From Octopus sinensis (Eukaryota): DNA of 64,000 nt. Position numbers and translations under genes: made by a program. The stretch lies in the NCBI RefSeq assembly GCF_006345805.1, contig NC_042997.1:57164001-57228000 (forward strand). Direction: 5' to 3'. Under the pieces are notes generated by a model. It did not search any database, was not told the origin of the DNA, and was given only the letters and a program-made list of their open reading frames with translations. This document shows, piece after piece, positions 12,126 to 24,359 of this stretch (its first letter is position 1; the number at the start of each line of letters is the position of its first letter).

Positions 12126-13399
12126 TGAGGTCTGATCCAAAAAGTATCCGGATTAGTGCTATAAAAACAAAACTACAACACATACCGATTTAGCATTTAA
12201 TCTCCTTCAAAGTAGTCTCCTTTGGAAGCCATGCACTTAATTCGGTGTTGTTTCTATTGATGAAAGCATTTTTGGAACTCGTTTTCTGGGATAATCAGCA
12301 GCTGCCTCATCGCATTCACTTTGATTTCTTTGACGTCCTAAAATTTTGATTTTTGGAAAGAGGAAAAAGTTGCAAGGGATGAGATCTGGGGAATACGGTG
12401 GCTGTCAGATCAGGGGAATGCTGTGCCAAGCCCAAAACTGCCACACAAGCTGTGCTGAATGGGCAAGTGTGTTGTCATAGTGCAATTGCCACTCACTTGA
12501 TGCATGCAATTATGGCCTTTTACAATGAATAGCATCCCACAAATGCCTCAAAACGTCATGGTAGTATTTCTTGCTTACTGTCTAACCAGGTGGAGCCTAT
12601 AAATGATGAACAATCCCCTTGTAGTTGAAGAAAACGGTCAACAACATCTTCACATTGCTTCAACTCATGAGAGGTTGGAGTCTTCCACTGTGAAGACTGA
12701 GCCTTTGTATTGGAGTCATAGTCATAGACCCATGATTCCTCACCTGTTATGACCATTTTCATAAAGTTTTCATCATTCTCAACACAATCAAGGAGATCTT
12801 GTGCAACTGAAACCCAAGTGTTTTTTTTTTGGTCAGCTGAAAGCAGTTTTGACACAAACTTGACAGACATGCATCTCATACCCAAATCTTCAGTGATAAT
12901 GGACTGAACTGAACCATAACTTATCTGTACATCCTCTGATGGCTCACGGATGGTGATTCAACAGCTGCATACACATCTGCGATGTTTATCTCAATTCTGC
13001 TGGTTGTGGGTCTCCCAGAATGTTTGTCATTTTCGTCATTTTTGTGGCCATCTTGGAAATGTCTGAACCACTCATAAACTTGTGTGTGGCTCATACACTC
13101 CTCTCCATACACTTTCTGCAACTTTGCATAGGCCTCTGAACAGGTATCGCCAAGCTTTTGACAAAAGTTGGTGCAGATGATTCTCTGCTCAACTTTCTCT
13201 GCCATGGTCAATGCAATGATCACATGCTACAAATGTTTCTTCTAAACACTGCTGTAAACAACGGAACTGAGCTAGAATGTTAAACTTTAGTGTGTATGCA
13301 CAGCAGAGCTCAAGGTCAATCTGTGCCAAGCAACTTCACCCTGTGTGCTTTAGCTTCGTTACTATGGCAACAGTCCGGATACTTATTGATCAGACCACA
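12126..13399 (-). mobile_element. Full-length but inactivated mariner (DD34D-type) DNA transposon
   Basis: TIRs tgaggtctgatccaaaaagtatccggat (from 12126) and gtccggatacttattgatcagaccaca (to 13399), with TA at 12124-5 and 13400-1. Length 1274 bp. Broken transposase ORFs 12921-13223 (HTH, VYEWFRHFQDG) and 12556-12885 (ITGEESWVYDYDSNTKAQSSQW). Confidence 0.92.
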
Positions 13400-13444
13400 T
13401 ACACATCGTTGTGCATCATCAGCATCCTTGAACTATGGATCATA

Positions 13445-13960
13445 GTGAAATCATCATCATCATTTTAATGCTTGTATGGAATTCAATGAAGCAGATTTTC
13501 TATGCTCAGATGCCCTACTTGTTGCCAACCCTCACTTGTCACCATCAAGGTAATATTTCCCCCATGGTGGGACATGCTTTTACAGAAGACAGGAAACAAA
13601 GACACTACCTGTATGGCTGATGCTCATTTACAGCTATCATGCCCTGCCAAGACAAGGAGACATAAAGCACACCCATGCAAACACATACGTACATACATAC
13701 ATATACATATATATATATACATACATACATATTATATATAAATACACACATATTTTACACATACACACACGTGCATGCACATGCATACACACACATACAT
13801 GCATGCATACACACACGCACACAGCTTCTTCCTGTTTATGTCTATCAAATCCACTCACAAAGCTTTGGTCAACCCAAGGCAAGAGTAAAAGACACTTGCC
13901 CAAGGTTCTCCACAGTGACACTGAACCTGAAACTATGTGGTTAGGAAGCACATGCAGTCA
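13445..13960 (-). mobile_element. CORE-type SINE copy
   Basis: caaatccactcacaaagctttggtcaacccaaggc...gacacttgcccaagg...ctgaacc is the reverse complement of the SINE head/CORE seen at 505-962. Confidence 0.7.
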
Positions 13961-13974
13961 TGTATCTGGAAAAA

Positions 13975-14170
13975 TAAATGTTTGTAGGCTTAAGGTGACC
14001 TTGTTCCAATGGATGTATAATGTTAGTGTGCATGAAAGTTATAGCACAAGTGAACTGAGAGTAAAAATAGACATCAGAAAAATCAGTCATAGTGTACAAA
14101 AGAGAAGACTATACTAATACAGATATGTGATGTATATGTAAACTGATAGCTGGATTAAAGAAAATAAAGG
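13975..14170 (+). mobile_element. Old RTE ORF2 C-terminal fragment
   Basis: Translates LFQWMYNVSVHESYSTSELRVKIDIRKISHSVQKRRL, homologous to RTE MLRWMCNVSVHNRQSVSTLREKLDLRSIS. Confidence 0.6.
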
Positions 14171-14302
14171 GATGCACATAGATTACAACAATACATATGT
14201 AAGTCTTCCCTTATTTTCTGCAAGCTACTGGTGCTTGTAGCATGGATCTGATCAAATCTAGCTGGGTATAATGATTCAAAGTAATAAAAGATCAACATCC
14301 AC

Positions 14303-15106
14303 GTGGCAGACTTAGTTAGAGTAATGAGAAATGTATCCCCACTATGTCAACCACAAAAACAACAACACATCCAGCACTACATATCTCAAATGCAACGTTC
14401 CGGATACACACAGTACGATAGAATCAGAGTGTACAAAGGAGCGAAAACAAGATTCGAACGCATTCTAAGAGATGAGAAAAACAGTAAATGCCCCCTATAC
14501 TGCAACAAGTTCTGGAATAGGTTGGAGAGGGAGACCAACAAAAGAAATAAAAACAATACTTGGTATGATAACAAAAAGTTTCACAGTGTAATGTTTGTTG
14601 ACGCTACACCTAAGAATGAATTAAGTAAGGCATTTGAGAAAATCCTGCGTACAACTGGTCTTAAGATCAAAGTTGTAGAAAAGACAAGTAGGACTATCAA
14701 ATCTGTATTACGTACATCATATCCATTTGATAGAATCACGTGTCCAAATAATTGTGCAGTATGTTCTGCAAACGCACATGTGAACTGCAAAATGAAGAGC
14801 ACTGTATATCAGATTAAGTGCCAAGAAGGAGCTTGGGCGATCATCCCAGAGTCATATATTGGTGAGACTTCTAGGAGCATCAATGATAGGTTCAAAGAAC
14901 ACCTGGACAACTACATTGAAAAGAAACCAAACTCCATCTTTTATCAGCATGTTGTAGACTACCTCAAGGGCTCCTTAGGGAGACTTAAGTTAAACATCTT
15001 TTCTACAAATCCCACTGATGTAATGCTGAGACAAGTCACTGAAGCTGTCTGTATACAAGAATACAAACCCGCTCTCAACCGTAAATCCAAATTGGGTAAC
15101 ACCTAG
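14303..15106 (+). mobile_element. Penelope-like element fragment: RT C-terminal/linker region plus GIY-YIG endonuclease
   Basis: 267-aa open frame with a Cys-rich linker CPNNCAVC...CKMKSTVYQIKC, GIY-YIG half-motif YIGETSRSINDRFKEH and C-terminal RQVTEAVCIQEYKPALN. The RT core is absent (5'-truncated). Confidence 0.85.
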
Positions 15107-15303
15107 ATTCCACTCAGGAGTACCCCTCTATGACAACCCCTTTCTCTCATTACATGTAGAAATCCATACATACATGTTGAGATGCATGATACTGAAATAC
15201 ATATATGTAGTTATATATAACCGTATGAGCGGACATAGTTTGATACGTATATACGTATGTGTAGATGTATGTGTGTGTGTATATGTGTGTATGTGTTGTG
15301 TGT

Positions 15304-16388
15304 TACTGGATACTGGATGGTTTCCATGTTGAAGCTCCTAGGAGCTTGTTCACAGGTCCTTATCCATTAGTACATTAATTTGTCATGTGTCGTACAACAC
15401 TTCGACTGTTGTAGCTAATAGTAACAGACAGGGTCAAATTTTGCAGGAAGCTCCATCCAGTGTTTGTCAAGCCTGTTCTAAGGCATTGACTGACGGAGCT
15501 GCGACCACACTGTTTGGCAGACTGTTCCAGGTGGTGGTCACATGCTGTACGAAAAAGCAGCTTCTAATGTTGAGCCTGCAGTGTGATCTTTCCAATTTCA
15601 AGCTGTGTCCTCTCGTATTTCTGCTTTGGAAGTAGTTGAATCGAGGGCAGCTGGTCAGGTACTGGCTGTGTGTATACTTATACATGTTGATCATATCCCT
15701 GCTGAGACGTCGATGTTTGAGACGAGGCAGGTTTAGTGCAGCCAAGCAATCTGGATATGGCTTTTCTTTCAAGGATGCAATGCATTTGGTGGCATGCCTC
15801 TAAAGATCCTTCAACTCACAACACATTGCCTTATGCTGGGGTTGCCAAACTGTGTGTCCATATTCAAGAATCAGGTGAACTAGAGACTAGTACAGTTGGA
15901 CGAAGACAACAGGGGTGATGAAATCAAATGATCATTGGATGTCTCCAAGGATTCGGTTTGCTTTTGTGGTCGCTTGGTTTATGTAGTTCCTGAAGGTCAG
16001 CCCTTTGTCAATCAAGATGCCAAGATTCCCCCTCCACCTTACTTTCTACTAGCTCCACCACAGACCATTCCCCTTGTGCATCCTGGCCTCTCATGTAGTA
16101 TTTCCTGTCTGTCTTTGGGTTCCCCACTCTCAAGACGGAGCACAACTCAGGATGGAACTGCATTTGCCAGTTCGTCGACCACTCATGAAGGCAATCCAGA
16201 TCATCTTGCAGCGTTGCCATGGTCACATTAACATCATTCCTTGCGAAGATCTTTGTGTCATCATCAAATAACCTGACATGGCTCTGGACATACTGAGGCA
16301 GATCGTTTATATACATGAGAAACAGTACTGGGCCAATGACACTGCCTTGTGAGATGCCACTTGTCACCTCTCCCCTCTCTGACTTCAT
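15304..16388 (-). mobile_element. CR1/L2-group LINE, 5'-truncated RT/3' end
   Basis: SGISQGSVIGPVLFLMYINDLP...RLFDDDTK (ORF 16008-16388) and RNTRGHSLKL...FFVQHVTTTWNSLPNSVV (ORF 15467-15772). The 3' end has a short (ATCCAGT)2 repeat. Confidence 0.88.
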
Positions 16389-16814
16389 GTATCATATATA
16401 TATGACACATAGTGTCATATATATATGTATAGATGGATAACCGTATATGTGTATACTTTAAGATTATACGTATATTTGTGAGTGTGTGTAAGTGTCTATA
16501 TGATTGTGTGTACTTGTAAATATGTATAAGTAAGGTTATATTTGCATATATGTATCTAAGATGTTGTATCCATTCACCGTTAGACAGTGGTGAGAGGGAC
16601 AAATGCACACACACACATATGTGTGTCTATATATATGTATATGCGTGTGTATACAACTTTCAACAAAGTAAAAGTCATGTATACAACTTGAACAGACACA
16701 GATCAGTACATAAACATATGTTCACATGTACATACACATGTACACACACAGAGACATGTCTACACACTTACCTAAATACTCACGTAAACACATAAGTACA
16801 TACATACATACATA

Positions 16815-17050
16815 CATATCATGAAATAACTGTTACTTTCTCAGATGCAGCATGGAATTTTGTCGGTGAACAGGTCACGGTCTCAAAGCGGCAAAAATAT
16901 TTTGACAAATTGAATTTAAATGTTGAAGTAAATCTAACGGTTTTTGTGTGTTTTAAAATGGCTTATAAACACCTTCCATGCTGCAATTGTTTTCATTCCT
17001 GTGCACGATCTCAGATCAGGTCACTTGCTATGCAAGTACATCTCTGTAAT
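16815..17050. repeat. Small non-coding repeat/MITE-like element
   Basis: Internal inverted repeat tgcagcatggaa (~16846) ... ttccatgctgca (~16974-16985). CpG-containing; family unassigned. Confidence 0.4.
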
Positions 17051-19754
17051 AAAATAATAGATTCTTACAAATGTGGTTTGAAAATGGACAGTAATTCAAG
17101 TATAGAGAAGTAAGAATTTCAAATTACAATGAGTCTGAGAAGTCAACTGAGTAAGTCATGCTTTGTAGAAAATGTAGTGTGCAAAGTCTTTATGAATTGA
17201 AGTTCTTCTTTGAGTGCCTGACTGATAAGATTGAATAATGTTGCTGTGGTGAAAACGAGTGAAGGGGAGGAGGAAACTAAAATTAAAGAAAAGATACTGT
17301 GAAATGGTTTAATATTCAACTTAGACCTGTTCTCTCTTTTAGATAAGCTGAATTGAGGGCTTTATATAAAGAATATTCTAATGATTCCTATGGAGCTAAC
17401 ATTCATTGAAAAGAAAGTACATAGTGAAATAGCTTGTTAATGCTTTGCATATTGGTACTTCACATTGTTACTCATTATGTGACAGATTGTGAAGCTGGTT
17501 AATAGTGAAGTTATAAGGAAAACTTTACTTTCTTTAATAAAGGCATAATTAATTTCTGTCAGAATAGTCCCTTATTGTGTCAATTTGTTTCATGAATAAT
17601 CACAAATTCCATCATGGTAATAACAAAGAATTCATTAGTTTGATCTGAATCACAACACTTAGCAGCAAAGAATGCTCCAAAGGAATTTAGATTTTTGTTG
17701 TCATTGGACTAGCAGCAAACACTTCCAGCAGAATGTGTACATACTGAATTAGATATTGGTACCAAACAATTTTCAAAAGGAAGTAGGATTTTATTGTTGT
17801 TCCCTTGTGAAAAACTGTCAACCAATGCTAGCAGAAGACTGGGAAGAAGTAGTCAAATCTGATCCCAGGATGCTAGACATCATAAAAATGGTAAAAGATG
17901 ATAATAAAAGGTGAAACACATTGTTGGAACTGATCCATCCAACCCATGATAGCATGGAAGAGCATAACTAAAATCTTGATGATTGAAGCTTCCTATGCTG
18001 ACATTTAATTTGATCTGTTGTCCTATAATGAGTGAATGACTAATTCAATGAACATCATGCTTTACTGCACCTTGCCACTAGTTATTGTCAATGATAGAAA
18101 ACATGGGAAAGTTATGTACCAAAATGAAAGACAATATGAGCAAATTAAGCGCCAAAATGTAACATGACATGGGAGAATTATGTACCAAAATGTAAAATTC
18201 TAACCTAATTTAGGATACTTATCTTGAGCTATGATATTTCTATTATGATTTTCTTATTTTACATTTTTCTCTGTTTCATAATTCAGCTAAATATGGCAAA
18301 TATTATTTTTGTATCTCAACCATCAGCAATTCCTTAGTTATATACCATTCCTAGAGTAAGCTACTAAAACGGAATATAATTACTTGAAAAATAGCTACAA
18401 TAATGTTCTTTGTCAGGAATTATATATATATATATATATAACAGGAATTTCAAAGTATTTTCTTGGAGACTGATTCTATTCTCTTTGACCACAACCAACC
18501 TCAGTAACCAAACTTAACTAAATCTATTGCATAATTGCAACAATACAGCATATTTGAAACTGGTAATTCTGCATTGATCTATTTATGACTTGAGGCACTT
18601 ATACATTTGTTTCCAGTCTTCTGGCCATGGGAAATATTACATTACTTGGAAACATGCGAAGTTTAGTGGCAAGAAGAACATCCTGTCATAGAAAATCTGC
18701 CTCAACAAATTCTGTCTGACACATGCAAGCATAGAAAAGTGGGAATTAAAATAATGACGATGATGATGACGTAGGATTGTGTTTGACTTAAAATAGGGCT
18801 AAAATATTCCTTATACACCAAATCAATATTCAATTGGAACTTTTCTAGTGTAGCAAATCAATATACCATAATGTATTTACAGTAATAATATTAGTGCTAA
18901 CATTAGGGATATTTGATTGTTACTCGTAGAAATCTATTTCAATGGCAGGAAAACAAGGAAAATATTGACAATCTCTTAGAATTTGCACATCAATAGCTAT
19001 CTCAACATTCTGTTTGAAAAGAAAGTGGGATGGAAGAAATATGAAATCAGTTCAGACCACTTTTGAGTGTTTCATATGAAAAATAAGAAAAAATGAATAT
19101 ATCAAGTATATACATTGATGTGGGAAGTAACAGTATAATAGTACTTCATATTACATGTGACTGTTGGTCACACTGATTTTGAAAGAGTTCTGGAGACAGA
19201 ATACTTTGTAAATCAAAATATGCAGGTATTAATCTTAATAGACAACAAAAACAATGAGAGAAATATCATTTCTTTGATGAAAAACATTACAACACTGAAT
19301 ACTTTGAAGGAAATACTAATAAAGTAAGAACTATCAATAAAATAGCTCTTAGATGTGAGTCATCTAGGAAAATAGTTATTCTGAAATAAAACTGATTTAG
19401 AGCAAGATTCTAGAAACTTTAGACAATTTCTCTGCCACACTAAAAATACATGCTCCTCTCAGAGGTTAGCAATACTAAAGTATCCATTCAAATTCTTTTT
19501 TGCTGGTTTCAGTAATTAAATAGTAGCAATACTGGGGCATATTTTTCAAATATTTTAATCCACCTATTATTCTGTCTGATATTCATTTTGTCAATTTTGA
19601 TAAAGAAGAAAGGGAAAAAGGACATAACTACAACAAATCAAAGTACAAGGTTGTTTTTTTTTTGATGCACCAGTTTTGCACCTCATGCTGAAATATATGC
19701 ACAGGCATGACTGTGTGTTAAGACATTTGCTTTTCGACCAAATGGTTTGTAAAC

Positions 19755-20990
19755 AGAGTCAGCCCTTTAAAATAAATTTGTTCTAATGTCTGCAATGTGC
19801 TATTAACTCATTTTTTCTAGTGAGTAAGCATAAGCATATTTGCTAGATAATTATGTGGTATTTTTCTGTAGTGCATAAGAGACATGTGTTGTAATCATAT
19901 ACATAAGGGATGGTATTGTCTATGATTGCCCAAGTTACATACTTCTCCTTTAGGTCCCAAAATGAGCTTTGATAGAGATAAATTGTGGTTGGGAGATAAC
20001 AGTTTACTTAAAGTATCTGCCCTCAACTTCCACCAAGGCCTCCAGAGGGCTCTGGAACCTGGTACATGTACTCCTCATTGTGTCCCTGAGATCTTCAAAC
20101 ACCTCTTTGGTCTTGGCCACCAGATCAACCTTGGTGTTGCAGGCAGAGTGGTTGGTGTCTTTCTCAACTGTGCTTTATACACAGTAATCCACGGGATTTC
20201 AATTAGAGGAATTAGGTAGCCAGAAATTGGAGGTTGTAGAAATTCTTTGACAACCACTTCTGACTCTTTCCAGAGGTATGACAAGGAACTGAATCTTGCT
20301 GCCGCATATATGGCTTTCCAGCAGCAACTCATAGTCTCCAGCAGCTTCACATAGCTGCCTGAAGTGAGCCTAAGGCTCTATTCAAAGATGTGGAGTGGCA
20401 TTATGTCATCCTCACTAGAGAACATCACAGTTTGGGAGAACTTGGTTTTTATGATATGTGGGATATCACATGGATTGTAGGCAAGCCACCTGTAGTTCTG
20501 GATGTTGTGTAACTGATCCTGGCAGATGTTCTTTTCTTCTGAGAAGAACCAGATCATCTCTGGCTCAACAGGATGCCTCAGCTTTTCCAGTGGTTTCTTT
20601 GCCTTCGACTAGCAGTCCCCTTTGGTCTTGGCTGTCAGAATTTATCCCTTATATCTCTTGTATGAGTGGTAGCAAAAGCCCTCATTCAGGGCTAACTTCA
20701 TCTCTTCTCTTGCCAGAGCCCAATTTCCATGCTCATTTTGTCCTGCAGTTGTTAGATAAATTCTGGTGTGTGAATGCAGTCACAACACATGCTGTGTCCT
20801 TTCCTGCTGGCCATAGCTTCATGGTCTCCATTGCAGATGTCCATATCATTTTCTTACAGCCTTTACAGTGTTCACAAAACACTGGTCAGCAGTCATGATG
20901 TTGATATTTTGATATTGGGTGTGAATTGTCATGATACAAGTAACTCTTTCCCAGTATTCAAATGACTTTCAGTCTTCCATGTCATGTGAC
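19755..20990 (-). pseudogene. Decayed maT/Bmmar1-type (DD37D-like) Tc1/mariner transposase
   Basis: Hand translation of the minus strand gives WFFSEEKNICQDQLHNIQNYRWLAYNP...TKFSQTVM, RQQDSVPCHTSGKSQKWLSKNF, WLPNSSN*NPVDY and CTRFQSPLEALVEVEGRYFK*. There are many frameshifts. The D-D spacing fits DD37D only if a small deletion is restored. Confidence 0.8.
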
Positions 20991-21016
20991 TTTTCCTCAA
21001 CAACACCTTTAATTTT

Positions 21017-23373
21017 ATGCTCTCCAATGCCATTTACTCAAAATGGAAGATAAAATTCCTGGAGGACTGGGTCGATGCCCATCCAAACCACATCATTTTC
21101 TTTGTCCTCACTGAAACCCATCTTCACCTGGAAGCCGAGGTGAAAGTTAAAAATTTCAAAGCCATTCGTGCTGATCGTGCTGGCAGAAGAAAGGGTGGGA
21201 CTGCCATTTATGTTCTTGATTCATTCTCAACAGAAGCTATGAACATATTTTCCAATGGATACTGCGAAGCAGTCACTGTATTCAGTCAAACCAACAACTT
21301 AACAGTAGTTGGGCTCTACAGACCACCCCAAACGCCCCTACCATGCTTCAAGGAATGCCTCAACAACATAAAGTGTTTCATTCAGCAGTGTCAACCTGAC
21401 AACATTTTAATGATGGGAGACTTCAACCTTCCCAGGGTTGACTGGTCTACAAACAGTCTGCCGCCAGGTTCTTCTCCCTCAACCCCTGACAGGGGGGCAG
21501 TGGAATTGCTTCTTGACTTCATGGATGATTTCTTCCTGTCCCAACTGGTGCTCGAACCAACGAGATGTCACAAAAACGTCTTAGACTTAATTTTCCGCAA
21601 TCACACTGATACTATCCACAATATTGCAGTGGAGAAAACCTTACTCTCTGATCATGACATGGTTCTCTGTGATCTGAGATTTCAACGGTCAAAATGCAAA
21701 ACAAATGTCATCCCTCCTGTTCATACATTTGACACTATGGATTTCCACAATGCAAACTGGGAAGCGATCAATAATGATCTTGCATAAGTCGATTGGTCCT
21801 TCACGCACACATACATCAAAGTCCTGGCAGTCATTTGTAGACACCATTACGAACATATGTGCAAAACACACCCCATTAAGATCTGCAAACAAATCTAAGT
21901 GTCGAATCCCTAGAAATAGAAAATCTCTCATCGGGAAAATTAAAAGAATCAACAAAAAAAATCAACAAGCTGAAATACTGTCAACAGCAACACACCAACC
22001 TGACTGCCATCTCGTCGCTAGAGATTAAAAAACAAACTCCAAAACAACATGATGTCTATCATCAATAGTCAGAGAAGAGGCCTGGGCCATTGAGAAGATC
22101 AAACTCAATCCCAAAGTGTTCTTTTCATTTGCAAAAAAACACAGAGTCACTGGTTCTACTGTTGGCCCTCTGATTGATGAAAATGGTACTCTCCAAGACA
22201 ATGCCAAAACCATGGGAGAGATATTGCAGAAACAATATTGCTCTGTTTTCAGCAATCCTGATATGACTGATCTGGGCTGTATCAGTGATGTTACTCCCCA
22301 ATATACTTTATCGGACAAAACCTTTGGCACTCCTGATGTCTTAGCAGCAATAAAGGAAATGAAGCATAATTCAGCAGTAGGTCCTGATAGGTTCCCTGCT
22401 TGTGTCTTGAAGATGTGTCAACACCAACTTGCACCCCCTCTAGCCAATCTGTAGCGGAACTCACTGGATGCTGGATATATACCAGAAGACCTTCTATCCC
22501 AGTCTGTTGTCCCAGTTTTCAAAAAAGGAAACAAAATCGCTTGCCGTGAATTACCGTCCAATCTCACTCACCTCTCACATCTTTAAGGTATTTGAGAGAG
22601 TGCTGAGATCGCGTATAACTCACTTCCTTGAGAGTCATAATATGCTGAATTCCAACCAGCATGGATTTCGTAATGGAAGAGATTGCCTGACGCAGCTACT
22701 GCATCATTTTGATGACATTTTGAGAGCCTTGATTTCAGCAAGGCCTTTGACAGGGTTGATCATAAGATCCTTTTGAGAAAACTGTCCAATATTGGTGTCA
22801 CTGGAAAGCTGCTGCAGTGGATCAAGTGCTTCCTGTCTAACAGAACCCAACATGTTGTAGTCCAAGGAGTCAAATCCAGCCCAGCCAAAGTCAGCAGTGG
22901 TGTCCCACAAGGCACTGTGTTGGGCCCACTTCTTTTCATCATCTACATAAATGATATTACTGACACCATCAAACACAGTAACATCAGAACCTTCGCTGAT
23001 AATTCCAAGCTCCAGAAGGTCATCAATGGCGTGGATGGCTGAATAAGCCTTCAGTCAGACCTACTGGGCGGAAAGGAACAACATGTTGCTAAACGAAGAC
23101 AAATTTGAACTGATACACTTTGGAAGGGAGGACGCTCTGAAACTCCCATACTCCCTTCCTTCTGGAGAAATTCTCATGGCATCTAACAACATCAGAAACT
23201 TGGGAGTAACAGTGGACAACAACATAAGCTGGGCTACACATATAAGCAGCAAAGTTGACATGGCCCGCAGAATGTGTTCCTGGATTCTCAGAACCTTCCA
23301 GTCGAGAGATTCCCACACCATTATCCTTCTCTTCCCCACTTTTGCCCGACCCCACCTTGAATACTGCTGTCCA
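21017..23373 (+). mobile_element. CR1/L2-group (Crack/Daphne-like) LINE ORF2 pseudogene: APE endonuclease plus RT
   Basis: APE motifs LTETHL, GGTAIYV, GLYRPP, MGDFNLP, LDLIF and SDH. RT motifs NYRPISLTS, QHGFRNGR, SGVPQGTVLGPLLFIIYIND and FADNSK. Multiple frameshifts; homology stops after RPHLEYCCP. Confidence 0.92.
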
Positions 23374-23442
23374 ATATCAGTGTCAATCGACACTGGAAAA
23401 AGTATATGTATTTGTGAAAGGAGCTGACTTCTCATCGACAAC

Positions 23443-23503
23443 CATGATTGTCACACGCTGATGATAGGTAAACACCTTGAAACTCGAGTCCGTGTGTATC
23501 ATG
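23443..23503 (+). ncRNA. Minimal type I hammerhead ribozyme motif
   Basis: CACACG-CTGATGA-T AGGT aaac ACCT T-GAAA-C TCGA G-TC^CGTGTG. Stem I is CACACG/CGTGTG, extended by CATGAT/ATCATG. Stem II is AGGT/ACCT. Stem III is the palindrome ACTCGAGT. The predicted GUC cleavage is after 23490. Confidence 0.8.
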
Positions 23504-23840
23504 AGTTGAAGACAGGGAGGATGACTTCCCCTCACAGATACTGAGAGGGCACAGATAGTGTGTCTATAGCCAGCTGGAGGAGATATCTTCCTGGGGCTAC
23601 AAACTACAGTAGCATCCACCCTTAGGGGTTAGCCATATTCAAATGGCAAATATGCATCACTATATATATATATAGATATATATATATAGATATATATATA
23701 TATCAATAATACAGTGATTGTTTCTTATCAGGAACAAAACGTTTAATAAGGAACAAAATGTTTAATAGGACTGCTATAGAAGTGCTCAATTGAATGAGAC
23801 AAATATATCAAACTAAAGTTATAGAACAAACAAATGCAAG

Positions 23841-23885
<45 letters not shown>

Positions 23886-23932
23886 TATATAGATATATAG
23901 ATATCTCACTCACACACACACACATACACACT

Positions 23933-23966
<34 letters not shown>

Positions 23967-24359
23967 CACACATATATAATGAGAATATGGATTGTGTATA
24001 AATGGTTTTGAATGTCCCACTTGTCATACCAATATAGTTTTTTCTTCCACCAATGCTATTGTTTTGTAGATTATATCTTTTATGCAATGGGTTTCTAGAT
24101 GTTCAGTTATTTATGGTGTGAATGGTTTTTGGCTTCCTGTGTAGCTGTAGCTAGTTTTTGTGCTATAGAGAAGCATTTGCAGATTAAGGAAGTTTTTAGA
24201 TCTGAGATTGAACAACCACAACTTAAAGTACATTTCTCAAGGCTGACATAACATTTCAAAAGTAAATATACAGAGAAAAGAATAAATGTGAAGGAAAAAG
24301 TTTAGGCTATTTGTTGTCTTACTAAATAAACTGAAACATAAATGAACTAAATTTACATG

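Noticed and set aside
15107-15200. Possible SECIS element after the PLE ORF (some Naiad PLEs are selenoproteins)
   Set aside because: The ORF has no in-frame TGA, and the ATGA...GA pair lacks a proper helix II and apical AA spacing.
16560-16620. Possible decayed hammerhead downstream of the PLE
   Set aside because: Neither CTGANGA nor GAAA is intact.
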